The notes under the pieces were generated by a model. It was given only the letters and a program-made list of their open reading frames with translations, was not told the DNA's origin and did no database searches. 64,000 nt of DNA from Octopus bimaculoides (Eukaryota): NCBI RefSeq assembly GCF_001194135.2, contig NC_068999.1, positions 50,890,713-50,954,712 on the forward strand, read 5' to 3'. Of the stretch, positions 28,078 through 41,170 are shown piece by piece; position 1 is the stretch's first letter, and the number at the start of each line of letters is the position of its first letter. Both the position numbers and the translations under genes were made by a program.

Positions 28078-29388
28078 TGCCTGCTATACATACATACATA
28101 CTTACATACATACATATATATATATACATGCATACATACATACATACACATATATATGTGTGTGTGTATATATTCATGCATACATACATATATATATATA
28201 TATATAATAAGCACGTACATAATACATACACATACACACAGACGCGCGCGCGCGCACCCACACACACACATAAACATTGAAGTAGATATGCAATGGCTAC
28301 AAATATGGAAATTGATAGTGAGAATATCTAGATATATTTCAATTATTATATGAATAGACAATAGAAAATCTTCCCGAATAGAATATAGTGTGATAATGGA
28401 TTCTTCTACACAGAAATGAAAAGAAGATAATATGGAGGAAGTGAATCATTTGTATGTGAGAATTGTAATCTGCTTTTATTATTAATTACACGGATGAAAC
28501 TAAAGAAAACATGTTGAAATAATCAACATTAAACTCCTCCGCACGCACACATATACGCACAAACACGCATATATAGTAATTGTATATGTGTATATATATA
28601 TATGTGTGTGTGTGTGTGTACATACTGTGTGTGAATTGTGAGTATATATAGATAATGTGTGTGTATGTACTCTCTGTGAAATAAACCCGTATTATATTTA
28701 TAATACGTTTATCCTGTATTGTTTAATTATTCTTAATAGCTAGTTCTTCTTTCCACCTATTAGCCTATATTTCATTATTGGCCTTCTGTTGCGTACTCTA
28801 ACACACACGTGTCCACAGTGGTGGCTGAGTGGTAAGAATTTGCTCGCCTATCACAGCGACACAAGCAGTATAATTACCGAATGAAAATCTTGATATCCAA
28901 TTGTGATAGAACAGAGAACACTGCGTAAGTTACCTTGAGGAGGAGGTCTCTCATAAGGATACGAGGCGCATAAAATCACTCGTAACCGTATCATTGACAG
29001 TCGAGATTTGTCTGCTATGGCCGTTGGAACGGTCAGATGCACATTATACATATCTATCAGTCTATGAACACACACACTCACCCTCACACACACGTGCACA
29101 CAAACGTGTACATACTCATACAGACACACACACAGACACACACATATATATGCACATGTGTGTGAAAGCGTCCTTGCGTGTATCCAAGTATATATAAAAA
29201 GATTATTTGCAAAGTGTTTTCATTAAAACAGGTATCTATAATGCAAATGGAAAAATAATTCCTTCCAAAGAAAGGCGTGTGTATGTGTGTGTGTGTGTGT
29301 CGTACATTCCACGGAAGAATAATTCCTTCCAAAGCAAGGCGTGTATGTGTGTGTGTATGTGTGTGTGTGTGTGTGCGTGTGTGCGAAC

Positions 29389-29423
<35 letters not shown>

Positions 29424-29883
29424 TGTGTGTGGTACATTCCACCTCATTTTCATTTTAGTCCATGAAACTGATGTTCAGTCGTTTAAAGAATCTGCTACTT
29501 GCTGTAGCTGTAATATAACTCATATTACTTAGGAATAGCTAAACAACGACCTCGAGGCATTACATCTTTAAACTTTGTTACTATGAAAATTCTGTATATA
29601 AATATTGGTAATGTTCATACGAATTGAACATTATTATTTGCTGCAAATTATGGAAGTATGAAGAAAAAAAAAGCAAAACCAGTTGACTACACACACTCAT
29701 GCATGCATATGTGTGTGTGTGTCCGTATGTTTCTAAGCATGTATAATGGTAATTATGATTGAATCTCTAGAGTTATAAATATTTTTAATAAATCAAGCAA
29801 TTTTACTGTATTTTACTATAATGTTCAAATATCTCCCATTGGCCACTTCGAGTTATGTCGCTTAGCTCATTTTAAAATTAAAT

Positions 29884-30010
29884 TATGCATATTATATAGC
29901 CGTATATAATATATAGCCATATATAATATATAGCCATATGTATGGCTATATATTATATATGGCTATTATGCATATTATATAGCCATATTTATTTTATAGC
30001 CATACATATT
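29884..30010. repeat. Direct/inverted 17-bp unit array containing a 54-bp palindrome
   Basis: Arms 29913-29938 and 29941-29966 are exact reverse complements (26 bp) separated by TG. Confidence 0.95.
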
Positions 30011-30416
30011 ACATAGGTAGTTTTATTAAATTATTCATATTATATAACCATAACTGTTTGCTATAAATCTAAGTCCCTTGACTACCGGAGATAAAGACGG
30101 AAAGTTGTCCTGATGTTGAAGGTTTGGAAGTTAGAAACATATGTCCACATGTGTCATATTCCCAGACAATAATCCTGTCCCTTTAAATACTTGCATGTCA
30201 GTTTCGGAAAGTATTTGAATCGTAGGATTATTTCACATTCTCAAGCGATGCTGGTTACAAATGACGTTTGGGAATTATAATGCATCCGCTGTTGGAGCTA
30301 ATTTTAAATAAATCAATAATTTTGTTTTAAGATATTTAACACACCGGTATTTCTCCATATCATTCAAACACAGGCCACTAGCTGCTTCCATTTACTTCTC
30401 GTGGATTATTTTTGCC

Positions 30417-30418
<2 letters not shown>

Positions 30419-30507
<89 letters not shown>
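30419..30507. repeat. (CA)n microsatellite
   Basis: Direct reading. Confidence 0.97.
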
Positions 30508-30512
<5 letters not shown>

Positions 30513-30533
30513 TATATGCATATACATATGTAG

Positions 30534-30750
30534 TGGCACTCCGTCAGTTACGACGTCGAGGGTTCCAGTTGATCCAATCAACGGAACAGCCTAGCCTGCT
30601 CGTGAAATTAACGTGCAAGTGGCTGAGCACTCCACAGACACGTGTAGCCTTAACGTAGTCCTCGGGGAGATTCAGCGTGACACAGTGTGACAAGGCTGAC
30701 CCCTTTGAATTACAGGTGCAACAGAAACAGGAAGTAAGAGTGAGAAGGTA
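30534..30750 (-). mobile_element. SINE family C, 5'-truncated
   Basis: Reverse complement aligns with about 19230-19440 (CTTGTCACAC...GCTGAATCTCCCC...TTAATTTCACGAGCAGGCT...GGATCAACTGGAACCCTCG...GTGCCAC). Confidence 0.9.
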
Positions 30751-31046
30751 CGCCTTTCACGTGTCTGCAATCCTTAGTGAGGCGGCGAAAATCAACTGAG
30801 TAGCCTATTCTTATGGTTATTGTCTACATTTTGGAAATGCCATCACCAAATTGTAGGTGTTAGATCAATTCTACATCCTCGTTAGAACTGCTATCCCGAC
30901 TCTCCTAGATGCGAGGAGTGGCGAGGCTCTTTTGTTACGCATTTATTTAGTGTCTAAGTGTTGCTGACTTCTAGAAGTTCGCGGAACGCTTGTTGTAACT
31001 TGTATGGCTTGCAGTCGAATCTTTACCGAAGATCGGATTGACCGAC

Positions 31047-31190
31047 AATTTTCGCTGAGGTTGAATTTACCTTTCATCCTTTCACGATCGATAAATTAGG
31101 TACCAGTGAAACACTGGTGTCGGAGTAATGACGAGACCCCTCCCTCAAAATTTCAAGCCTTGTACCTTTAGTACACAAGATTATTATCAT
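31047..31190 (+). mobile_element. SINE family A, 3' part ending in an (ATT)n tail
   Basis: TTTACCTTTCATCCTTTCACGATCGATAAATTAGGTACCAGT...CTGGTGTCG body. Confidence 0.75.
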
Positions 31191-31216
31191 TATTATTATG
31201 ATTATTGTTGTTGTTG

Positions 31217-31292
<76 letters not shown>

Positions 31293-31349
31293 CAGCAGCA
31301 GCAGCAGCAGAAGCGGGAGCAGCAGCAGCAGAAGCGGGAGCAGCAGCAA
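31186..31349. repeat. Compound trinucleotide array ATT/GTT/ATT/AGT/AGC
   Basis: Direct reading; includes a 21-bp duplication of GCAGCAGCAGAAGCGGGAGCA. Confidence 0.95.
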
Positions 31350-31495
31350 TATTTAATGAAAGTCAATTTATATTTCAGACACTCATTGGCGCCAGATTCT
31401 GCCAATAGGACTGCATTGATATTATCTGCAGAACACATCGCAAAGGGAAATGAAACAAGTACAACGAGAGTGATAATACTACTATTACCATTTAT

Positions 31496-31499
31496 GATA

Positions 31500-31585
<86 letters not shown>

Positions 31586-31595
31586 GATAATAATG
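31496..31595. repeat. (GAT)n(AAT)n compound repeat
   Basis: Direct reading. Confidence 0.95.
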
Positions 31596-32439
31596 TAACA
31601 AAGAAGAGCAAATCATACAATTGTGATAGAAGCTTATCTCATCTAACTTTAGACGTTGAGAATTATGAAGGGAATTTCTTTAACGTATCAAAAAAGTAAA
31701 TGATGAGTACTTTTATAGAAGCAGTGACAGGATCTTGAGTACACACACACACACACGCACACACAAACACACACACAAACACACACACAAACACACACAC
31801 ACACACACACGTACAAACACATACTCACACACACGAACATAGTCGTGATGGGGATTTGAGATAAGTTTAGCAATTTTTTTTGTTAATATATATTCTTGTG
31901 TTTGTGGCTATTATTATTGTTGTTGTTGTTGTTGTTACTGTTATTAATATGACGAGCGCGATAGCAATCTATGATTTACTTTTCGTTTTTATGCATTATA
32001 TTCGAAAGTTCTTTAAGCGAATTATCGATCTCTCACTATCTCTGATTTTCCTTACACTCCCTTACGTTATGAACCTTACGTTATAAAGACGTCTGCCAGT
32101 CAGGAGTGTGTCAGTAGCTGCGGAATAGACACGTGAAAATCTACTGTTAATTAGTATTTGTGACAGGATTTATATCTGGGGATTAACTGTTTCACGTCCT
32201 GATCCTTTTCTTTCTTATTTGCTATGAATAGTAGACAACCAGCGTCTATTCCAATTTTAACTCTTATAACAATGCAGAACCCCAATCCTCAATAAGAACT
32301 ACGTTGTCATTCAAAATTCAAATTAAATATCATATAACACTTTGCTGTTTAGCCCCAGGTCAGTCTTTGCCTTGAAGTTATATGATCACAGACGTTCAAG
32401 GGAGAGATAGCTGCTTTTTTTTGTTATATTTTACTTGAT

Positions 32440-32600
32440 TCAAACATTGGTCTGTGGCCATGCTGGGACATCACATTCAGAGGTATTTAGTCGAACAAAT
32501 CAACCCCAGTACTTATGATTATATTCATTCTACTACTTATTTCATTGGTCTACCTGAACCGCTAGATTGCGAGGATTTAAACAAACTAATACAGGTATGT
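32440..32600 (-). mobile_element. Diverged SINE family B tail
   Basis: CTGTGGCCATGCTGGG...TAGTCGAACAAATCAACCCCAGTACTTAT...GAACCGCTA. Confidence 0.65.
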
Positions 32601-32632
32601 ATGTATGAATAAGGATGAATAAAATTAAGCTG

Positions 32633-32699
<67 letters not shown>

Positions 32700-32713
32700 T
32701 GTATGTATGTATC

Positions 32714-32880
32714 AAGGCTCAGTCTTAGCTGTGTGGCAGGCAGTTTTCTTCTCAACCATTGAGTTCTGACTTCAATTCCACACTGTTAGCACCTTGGGAA
32801 AGCGTCTTCTATAGCCGCGGCCCGATTAATGTCTTGTGCGTAAATTTGGTTGAGGGAAACTGCAACAAGCCTCTCTGTTC
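32714..32880 (+). mobile_element. tRNA/CORE-like SINE head, diverged
   Basis: GCTGTGTGG...GAGTTCTGACTTCAATTCCAC...GCACCTTGGGAAAGCGTCTTCT resembles a tRNA head plus CORE-like box. Confidence 0.55.
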
Positions 32881-33409
32881 CACTAAACTATTCCAGGCAG
32901 CACCCTAACATGACCGCTGTACAAAGAATGAGACAAGTAAGCTTTAAAAGATATGTGTATGTGAGTGTGTGTGTGTGTTTGCATGTATGTATGTATCATG
33001 GTTATCCACCAGACCGTCACTTGTGCATATTTTCACTTACACTGTAGATACTCTGTGATAATGATGTTTATCTCTAACTCCAGAGGAGGAGGAGGAGGGG
33101 AGAGGTGAACAGGTTAGAATAAATGGATCAGTGCAATATTTTGTTATTTCTCGTATTGTGTAAGTTTTAGCTTTGCTGCTGTATACAAATCAGAAATACG
33201 TGCTCAAACACGCACTAACACATACGTGAAAGCGTTTGCATGTATAAAAGTAATATATATCTGTGAATGTATACACACACACACACACATACACGCACGC
33301 GTATATACATATTCATAAACATACAGACACACACACACACATGTATATATACATATATATATGTATATATATATGTATATGTATGTATATGCAAATATAT
33401 ATTTATGTA

Positions 33410-33428
33410 TATATATATATATATATAC

Positions 33429-33522
<94 letters not shown>
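33410..33522. repeat. (TA)n microsatellite within a TA/CA-rich field
   Basis: Direct reading. Confidence 0.95.
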
Positions 33523-33524
<2 letters not shown>

Positions 33525-34880
33525 ACAAACATGCATATGCTTATCAATACATGAATCCCTACATAGAATACACGTATTTATGAACACGTACACGCACACG
33601 CACACACACACACATATACACACACATATATACGCTCGCACAAATGTACTCATGCATACAAAATGAGAGAGAAAGGGGGATAGGAGGGGAGAGAGAGAGG
33701 AGTAAGAAAGAAAAAGAAATGTGTTATTGTGTATTTGATTTTCATGCTAGAATATGCGTCTTTGCCTCGAATTATAAATAAAATGAACAGTCCATAATTT
33801 TTCGCATCGCATAGGATAAATAAAATAAAGAATAAAATAAACTCATTTCTATCTATAATACGCCCTACTCCATTCCATGTAATACATACTTTCCTATGCC
33901 TTTCTTTGCCACATTATAGTTTGCTTTGCTCTTTTTTCTTTTTGTTAATTCTAAATTAAACAATATATTGCAATTTGAGGAAATATTTGTATTTAATCAG
34001 CTGTATATTCACGCTGGTTCTAATTTATAAAGGTTCCATAATGGCAGAAGAATATTGAATAATTCGGGAATATCTTTTTCTCTCAGTTTAACTGCATTCA
34101 TTGTTTTATTGTTTCGTCTCAATCGATGATTTAAAATCGCAATTTAATTGTAAAAGGCTCATGAAATCGTTCATTACACAGCAAATACTCGTTCATTGAT
34201 ATTTTTGGCCATTGTTAACAGCATGAAATTGCAATTTTATATAAAAGCATTCAATCACAGTAAACAAACGTTGCTAAAATGAGAATTGTTTTCCATATTA
34301 GATTTGTGACTCAATCCTGAAAAAAGGTAGTTTATTTAATCTACAATAGAGAAAGTAATATAAAATATGACATTTAATATAAGTAAGTACGTTTTGACTC
34401 GTGTTTTACTTCAGTTTTGATGTTGAACTGTGATGCTTCCACTGAAAGCTTTCCAAATATATACATTCTAAGATGTGTCTGTTGAGTACAGTTAAATACA
34501 CTTTTTTTACCAATGCTATAATCGTTTATGTCTGCATATTAGATATGATACACACGTGACTATTCTAACCTACTTCTGCTTCTGTTGCATATAACAGCTT
34601 TTAATTCAGCCATGAGTTTTGTTGCAACATCAGTGATTGTTCAGTCGCAGTTTTACTACAACACTGGCGATGGATGTTTTTTTCTTCCTAGTAATGACTA
34701 TATGCTACTGACAAAGCACAAGAAGGAAGAAATACTAATCTAGCATTCTCAGCGCTGTTGATTTCCGTCCATAACTGCTTTATTTGCTTTTAACACAGCG
34801 CGTCCATAAGTGTTATTATCTTCGGACGAATGTTGTAGTACATTTCCTTTCTCACGATGTATTCACATTTTCATTTGACT

Positions 34881-35070
34881 GCGGCCATGCTGGGACAACG
34901 CCTCTAGTCGAGCAAATCGACCCCATGACTTATTCTTTGTAAGCCTAATCCTTATTTCATCGGTCTATTTTGCTGAACTGCTAAGTTACGGGGGACATAA
35001 ACACACCATCATCGGTTGTCAAGTGATGCCAGGGGTACAAATACCGACAAACAAACATTATCACACACAC
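34881..35070 (-). mobile_element. SINE family B, 3' half
   Basis: TTTCATTTGACTGCGGCCATGCTGG...TAGTCGAGCAAATCGACCCC...ACTTATTCTTTGTAAGCCT...CATCGGTTGTCAAG. Confidence 0.85.
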
Positions 35071-36028
35071 ACATACATACACACACATATATACACATAC
35101 ACTCCTGCGCCTAAACCTTTATGTGTTTTTTCTACAGCATTAAAAACATAATAGCTCTTATTTCTAGCAATGTAACTGTATTTCTAGTAACATACCCTTA
35201 GTCACCTTCGAAAAAGTCGAAAAGACTGAAACCGGTACTAAAATATTCTTCATGATAAAATTATTTCAGCATTTTTTACTTTGTCTTATTTCCCTTACNN
35301 NNNNNNNNNNNNNNNNNNNNNNNNNNNNNNNNNNNNNNNNNNNNNNNNNNNNNNNNNNNNNNNNNNNNNNNNNNNNNNNNNNNNNNNNNNNNNNNNNNNN
35401 NNNNNNNNNNNNNNNNNNNNNNNNNNNNNNNNNNNNNNNNNNNNNNNNNNNNNNNNNNNNNNNNNNNNNNNNNNNNNNNNNNNNNNNNNNNNNNNNNNNN
35501 NNNNNNNNNNNNNNNNNNNNNNNNNNNNNNNNNNNNNNNNNNNNNNNNNNNNNNNNNNNNNNNNNNNNNNNNNNNNNNNNNNNNNNNNNNNNNNNNNNNN
35601 NNNNNNNNNNNNNNNNNNNNNNNNNNNNNNNNNNNNNNNNNNNNNNNNNNNNNNNNNNNNNNNNNNNNNNNNNNNNNNNNNNNNNNNNNNNNNNNNNNNN
35701 NNNNNNNNNNNNNNNNNNNNNNNNNNNNNNNNNNNNNNNNNNNNNNNNNNNNNNNNNNNNNNNNNNNNNNNNNNNNNNNNNNNNNNNNNNNNNNNNNNNN
35801 NNNNNNNNNNNNNNNNNNNNNNNNNNNNNNNNNNNNNNNNNNNNNNNNNNNNNNNNNNNNNNNNNNNNNNNNNNNNNNNNNNNNNNNNNNNNNNNNNNNN
35901 NNNNNNNNNNNNNNNNNNNNNNNNNNNNNNNNNNNNNNNNNNNNNNNNNNNNNNNNNNNNNNNNNNNNNNNNNNNNNNNNNNNNNNNNNNNNNNNNNNNN
36001 NNNNNNNNNNNNNNNNNNNNNNNNNNNN

Positions 36029-36071
<43 letters not shown>

Positions 36072-37119
36072 CATACACACACGCTGCAGCCATACATGAA
36101 TCTCGCATCAGCAGTATCTTTTAAGTCATCTAGCAATGACTCTTTCTATATAACGAGATTAATTTTCCGCTTCACTCCAAAGTTATTGTGATGTTCGTCC
36201 ATTGATTACTTGAACATATTAAAATATTTGCGTACATTTAATAATCCGTATTTGATTTAAATATACTAAGTTTATGAAAGTAATCGATATGCAGCAAATT
36301 TTCACCTGGAACTGCAGCTGAAGAAACAAAGACAGATTTGTCAGGTAATATAAAATTTAATTAATACCACTGACAGCACGATCACACAACAATACCTACA
36401 TACGGTTTCATTAAGTATAAAAATAAAATCGATACAAGATTAGTGCTCATAGTTAATATATAAATCATTGAGTTATGAAAACCACCGTCTACATAAAGAA
36501 ATTATATGGAAATTCAAACTCACATGAACTATCTCTATATTAAAAATATATATTACTCAGAAAATAAGCTGTCGTTCATAGAAAAATACTTATGTAAGTG
36601 TAGTGACGAGAGGAGTGTTCTTATATCTGATTTAACATTCTGGATTGCACGTGCAACGCCTCCTTTGGTATTTACATACAGCTTAGAGTCTAGGAACAAT
36701 ACATTTTGTGTAAATAGCGTATTATATTTACATATCTTGTATTTATATGTTCCGGCAACGTAAATGTAAATAAGCTAACAAGCATATAAGTGTTTGTTTA
36801 GTACGAAAAAATATTGTCTCATCATGTCTGTGAGAAGCTAATGGCGTGCCAAATTGGAACAAAACTGAAGAATATAAATAAGTGTACTAACAAAGTCATT
36901 TGCTATGTGACGAAGTAATTATTGTTTATTTTGTCGAGAGACGATAAAATGTCATTCTATGTCTGTTGTGGCAGGGTGGGGGGAGAGCTACATTGTCTGC
37001 AACGATACACTGTATATATTTCATCGGGAGATTCTTCACTATTGTACAATTAGATGTAGTACGTCGTTAGAAAAGAATAAGACTCACAACATAAGAAGAT
37101 GTGTTCTATTATATAATAT

Positions 37120-37318
37120 TGATTTAAAATCTTTACACTGGGCCCGGTAAGTTCGGTGGAGGAGATAAATCGTTTAGTAAAATAACTAGAAATTTATTGT
37201 ATCGATCAGGACGAAAGGCGAAATTGCCTTAGTGGAATTCGAACTCAGAACATAAAGACGGATGTAATGCCGCTAAGCATTTAGCCCAGCGTGCTAACGA
37301 TTCTACCAGTTCGCCGCC
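37120..37318 (-). mobile_element. SINE family A
   Basis: GAACTCAGAACATAAAGACGG...GCTAAGCATTTAGCCCAGCGTGCTAACGATTCTACCAGTTCGCCGCC. Confidence 0.85.
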
Positions 37319-37329
37319 ATATTCTATCA

Positions 37330-38150
37330 CAGTGCTTCTTAAACTATGGATCACGAACCCATTTGGAGTCGTGAAGCGAAATGCTGGGGATCAGGAAAAT
37401 TAAATTCAGACACTTAAATTTCAATGTATGTTATTTCACAAACGCACGATATTTAACGTGATGTGCCACGCGAGCGCTGCTTTAATAAAAACGTACGTGC
37501 GGCACAGTGGCGCCTAGTGCTGTGACAACGTATGTAGTGCAGTTGGTTGATAGTGTTCATCTTAAGTGTATAAATAACAATGCATGTTACTATTTCATTC
37601 GATTGAGGTCGGTATTTATATAAACAATTTCATAATTATTTTATGAAACGTTCTGTTATTTATATTTCCAAATAATAATAGTTTAGCTCATGGATAAATG
37701 GCTGAACTTGAGTAACAAACGTATTAACTCAGATGGCAATGCTACATAGTCTGTTCAAGCAGGACCTAGTAATCAGAAAGACGCACCAAAGATGCGAAAA
37801 AGTAAATACTGTGAGTCATTTCTCCAATTTGGCTTTACTTTTAATAATAGCGATGGTATGGAGCAACCTCTTTGTTTAATTTGCAATAACGTTTTGGCCG
37901 TGGAGAGTATGAAACCCTCAAAACTATAAAGGCATCTTGAATTCAAACATCATTCATACGTCAAGAAACCAAAGATATATTTTGAAAGACTGTTTATATT
38001 TTCGAATTTTGAGAAATTTATGATTATCAACAAAAAGCATTTATCAGCGTCATTCAAAGTTTCATACTTAATTGCTAAAAATAAAAGCCATACACCTTTG
38101 TGGGAAAGAGCTTTTATAACCTGCCGCTATAATCGTTATAGAGGTAATAT
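37330..38150 (+). mobile_element. hAT (Charlie/Buster-type) transposon 5' remnant with pseudogenised transposase N-terminus
   Basis: Starts CAGTGCTTCTTAAACT (Charlie-like TIR). From ATG 37690, across frameshifts: MDKWL...KYCESFLQFGFT...P.CLICNNVLAVESMKPSKL*RHLEFKH...KP..YFER...ASFKVSYLIAK.K.PYT, the zinc-finger region of Buster/ZBED5/SCAND3-type transposases. Confidence 0.9.
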
Positions 38151-40761
38151 AGTCATAATCTTTAGCTCTTCTTACTTTTTGGTCCAGGCTCAAGTAGCTC
38201 TCCTCAGGAGCTAGCTTAAAAGTTCGCACGGACTGCGGCTTTTAAGCTACTGTGTAGATAGATGGAAATTAATACACAAAACTACCTCGATGTATTTATT
38301 TCTATACCTGTAAATACCAGATATATTCATTGTTTTAACAATTCCCTAATTAAATTATTAGCTTATGAAATGGCAAGAGATAAGGCTACGCTTTTTCTAT
38401 CGGTAGTAAGAGACTAACAGTGTATTAATTAAATATTAACTCAGAGGAGACTATGGATGTGGAATCTTCATGTGGAGTAAATCCGATTTAAATTTTACTG
38501 AAACCACGAAAATGTACAGATCTATTTACTTCAATGTGCTTCTTCGTCAGTTCCGCTCTACTATAATTATACGAACATAATTAAATATAGGTGAACGGAT
38601 AGATATATGTTTTATGGACTCTCAGTATAATGCCCCTCATAAATTTATAGATCTATATCGCTCTAACTAATGTTAGTATGCTGGGCAGTTAGGATTTTGA
38701 GACTGGGACTTCGGTGTTGAATATCTACCACGATAATTAAGAATCAATTATCAAAGATCTTGATGTGCGGAAAAAGACCCTCTAAAGCCTCTGACAACAG
38801 GTTACTGTCCGCTCTCACAAAACCAACCAGAGAAAAATAAGACCGAGCGCTCTGAGAAGTAAGACAACAACAGCAACGATAGTAATAATTATAATCACAA
38901 TAAACCTGATACGACCTTTCGGTAAGTTTTATCATATGAGCAACTAAAAATTGTCCAAACTATCGAATATTCTGATCACTATATCTTCGTTTTTCAGATG
39001 GCTTCTTTAATCATTGGAACGTAATTAGCCTTTCTATATGCTTTATTTATTGATTTTTAAAAATTTCTTTATTCATTACTTTTTTTCTCTCTGTGAGTTA
39101 CTTTTATAGTTGTTTTTGAAAAACATTCTTTCTGCCACTTGTTTATTGTCTTTGTTTCTAATCATCGCTCTTGTTATTTTCTCTACATTTTTTTTTGTTA
39201 TAATATTTTACTACATATTTTTATGTATTACTTTCTTTTTCTGTCGTAATTTCAAACTTCATTAATGAACGTGTTCATTAAATCTTCTGATAACTTCAAC
39301 AATGAAGTAAAAGAGAGTGCGATGGTTTCATATATCAAATGATATATCAAATCATCACATGTTCTCAGTTGCCTCAGGAAAATTAAATAGATTGCATCTG
39401 CTACATTTCTACAATGCATTATTTCTCTTGCACTAAACACCCAAATGTTCAAATAAAATATAACAACGATAAATCACTGTTCGAAACAACACATATCCTC
39501 AAAATATCCGTCTACGCTAATATATCTCACTCCTGTTATCTCAAACCACGATACTCCAGCCATGACCATCACGACTTTTTGTATATATGACACTACATTG
39601 TGTCTTTATTATTTCCAGACGTTACGTTCAAATATTTAAGGATATCTGGCTGCTAGTTATAGGTTATTGATCCTTAATGAACGCCTGTCTTCATTAGGTC
39701 GTGTACATTCATGTATTCTCCTTGACACATGTATGTGCTCTTATCCACATTGAATCATGTACCCCTATCTTCATTGCTTCGTGAATGTACCTCAGTCTAC
39801 ATTCTCTCATGTAAATATCTTTATCTTTATCTTCATACATAAATGCATCTAAATACAGAGAGGATGATCTGGTTAACAGTACTTTGATCATAGACATCTT
39901 GATCAGAACCGGATTTGATCTAAACAAGAATATTATTTGCAACATTTATGGAAGATTAAAATAAAAAAAATTATTGCTCATTTCAGTGGAAATTTATTTG
40001 AGAATATTATAATTCGTAACCGTTTTAAACAGTATATGCTTCTAACTTAACAGATTTACACTAATCTGAATTGTTAACTTACTTAACAAAATATTTTAAC
40101 ACAAGTTGGTGTAAAATTGTATGTATTATACAAAAGTATGTCTTATAAAAAAAATATCCTGCTGCCGTGATTTTGAAGTGCAACAGGTGTTCTAAATAGA
40201 CTTAGACCGTAATATATTGCGATTTAATAATAGCGAATAATACAACAAATGGTGTTTAAAAAGAAACACAGCTACTTACAGTGGAAGCCTAATAATTTAC
40301 TTTAAAGTGATAAAACTTAGTCTATTTCCTTTGTTGCACTTATTTCTCTTTTTGTCAAATCCGGTTTTTTATAGATATTTTATTTTCACTTAATTCATAG
40401 TAGAATCCTTTTGTTACCCGCTTAAAAACCTATTTCGTTTTTTTTTTCTTTTGTGTTACTCCTTATAATAAAGTGTATATTATCTCATTTATTTAAAACC
40501 CTCTTCTTGGTTCTTTTCTTCTGTAGTGCTATATCCTTCTATGTTGATTTTTACTGTGTTTACTTATTGAGTAGCGGTCGATGACAATATCATTGGAATA
40601 TAACATAGCATTTGATTATTTTCTCGCTCATAAGTTTCAGTAGTAGTTTTGTTGTAAAGAGTTTTTCGTATCTGTTAATTTCAATTCAGAAATTTCTATT
40701 GTTATCTACTGTGTTAAAATATTGAGATATAAGGCAGTTATCTATAATATAATATATTGTT

Positions 40762-40765
<4 letters not shown>

Positions 40766-40834
<69 letters not shown>

Positions 40835-40875
40835 GACAGACAGACAGACAGATAAACAGACAGACACACACACAC
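40766..40875. repeat. (GA)n followed by (GACA)n and (CA)n
   Basis: Direct reading. Confidence 0.95.
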
Positions 40876-41039
40876 ATAGAGAGAGAACCAAAAGAAATTA
40901 TATTAAAATAGATTTTGTTGAGTGGCAAATTTATGAAGAAAAACTTGGTCAAAATATAATTTCTGTATTAATCATGTTTTTCTTTGCACAGGAACGGGGG
41001 ATATTTTTGATATTTTATCTTTTACGTATTTCCCTCACT

Positions 41040-41170
41040 GTGGCACCGCTTGAAGGGATTTGGTTGAACAAATTGCCCCTAGTACTTATGTCGTTAAAAC
41101 TGGCATGCGTCATGTCGACCTCCTTTACCGAGCAACTAGTTCGTGGTGACGTAAGCAAAGCAACAGAAAT
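41040..41170 (-). mobile_element. Diverged SINE family B fragment
   Basis: GGCACCGCTTGAAGGG...GAACAAATTGCCCCTAGTACTTAT...ACCGAGCAACTAGT. Confidence 0.5.

Noticed and set aside
39736-39850. Minus-strand exon candidate DAFMYEDKDKDIYMRECRL
   Set aside because: Unrecognised peptide; candidates on both strands indicate a high chance rate
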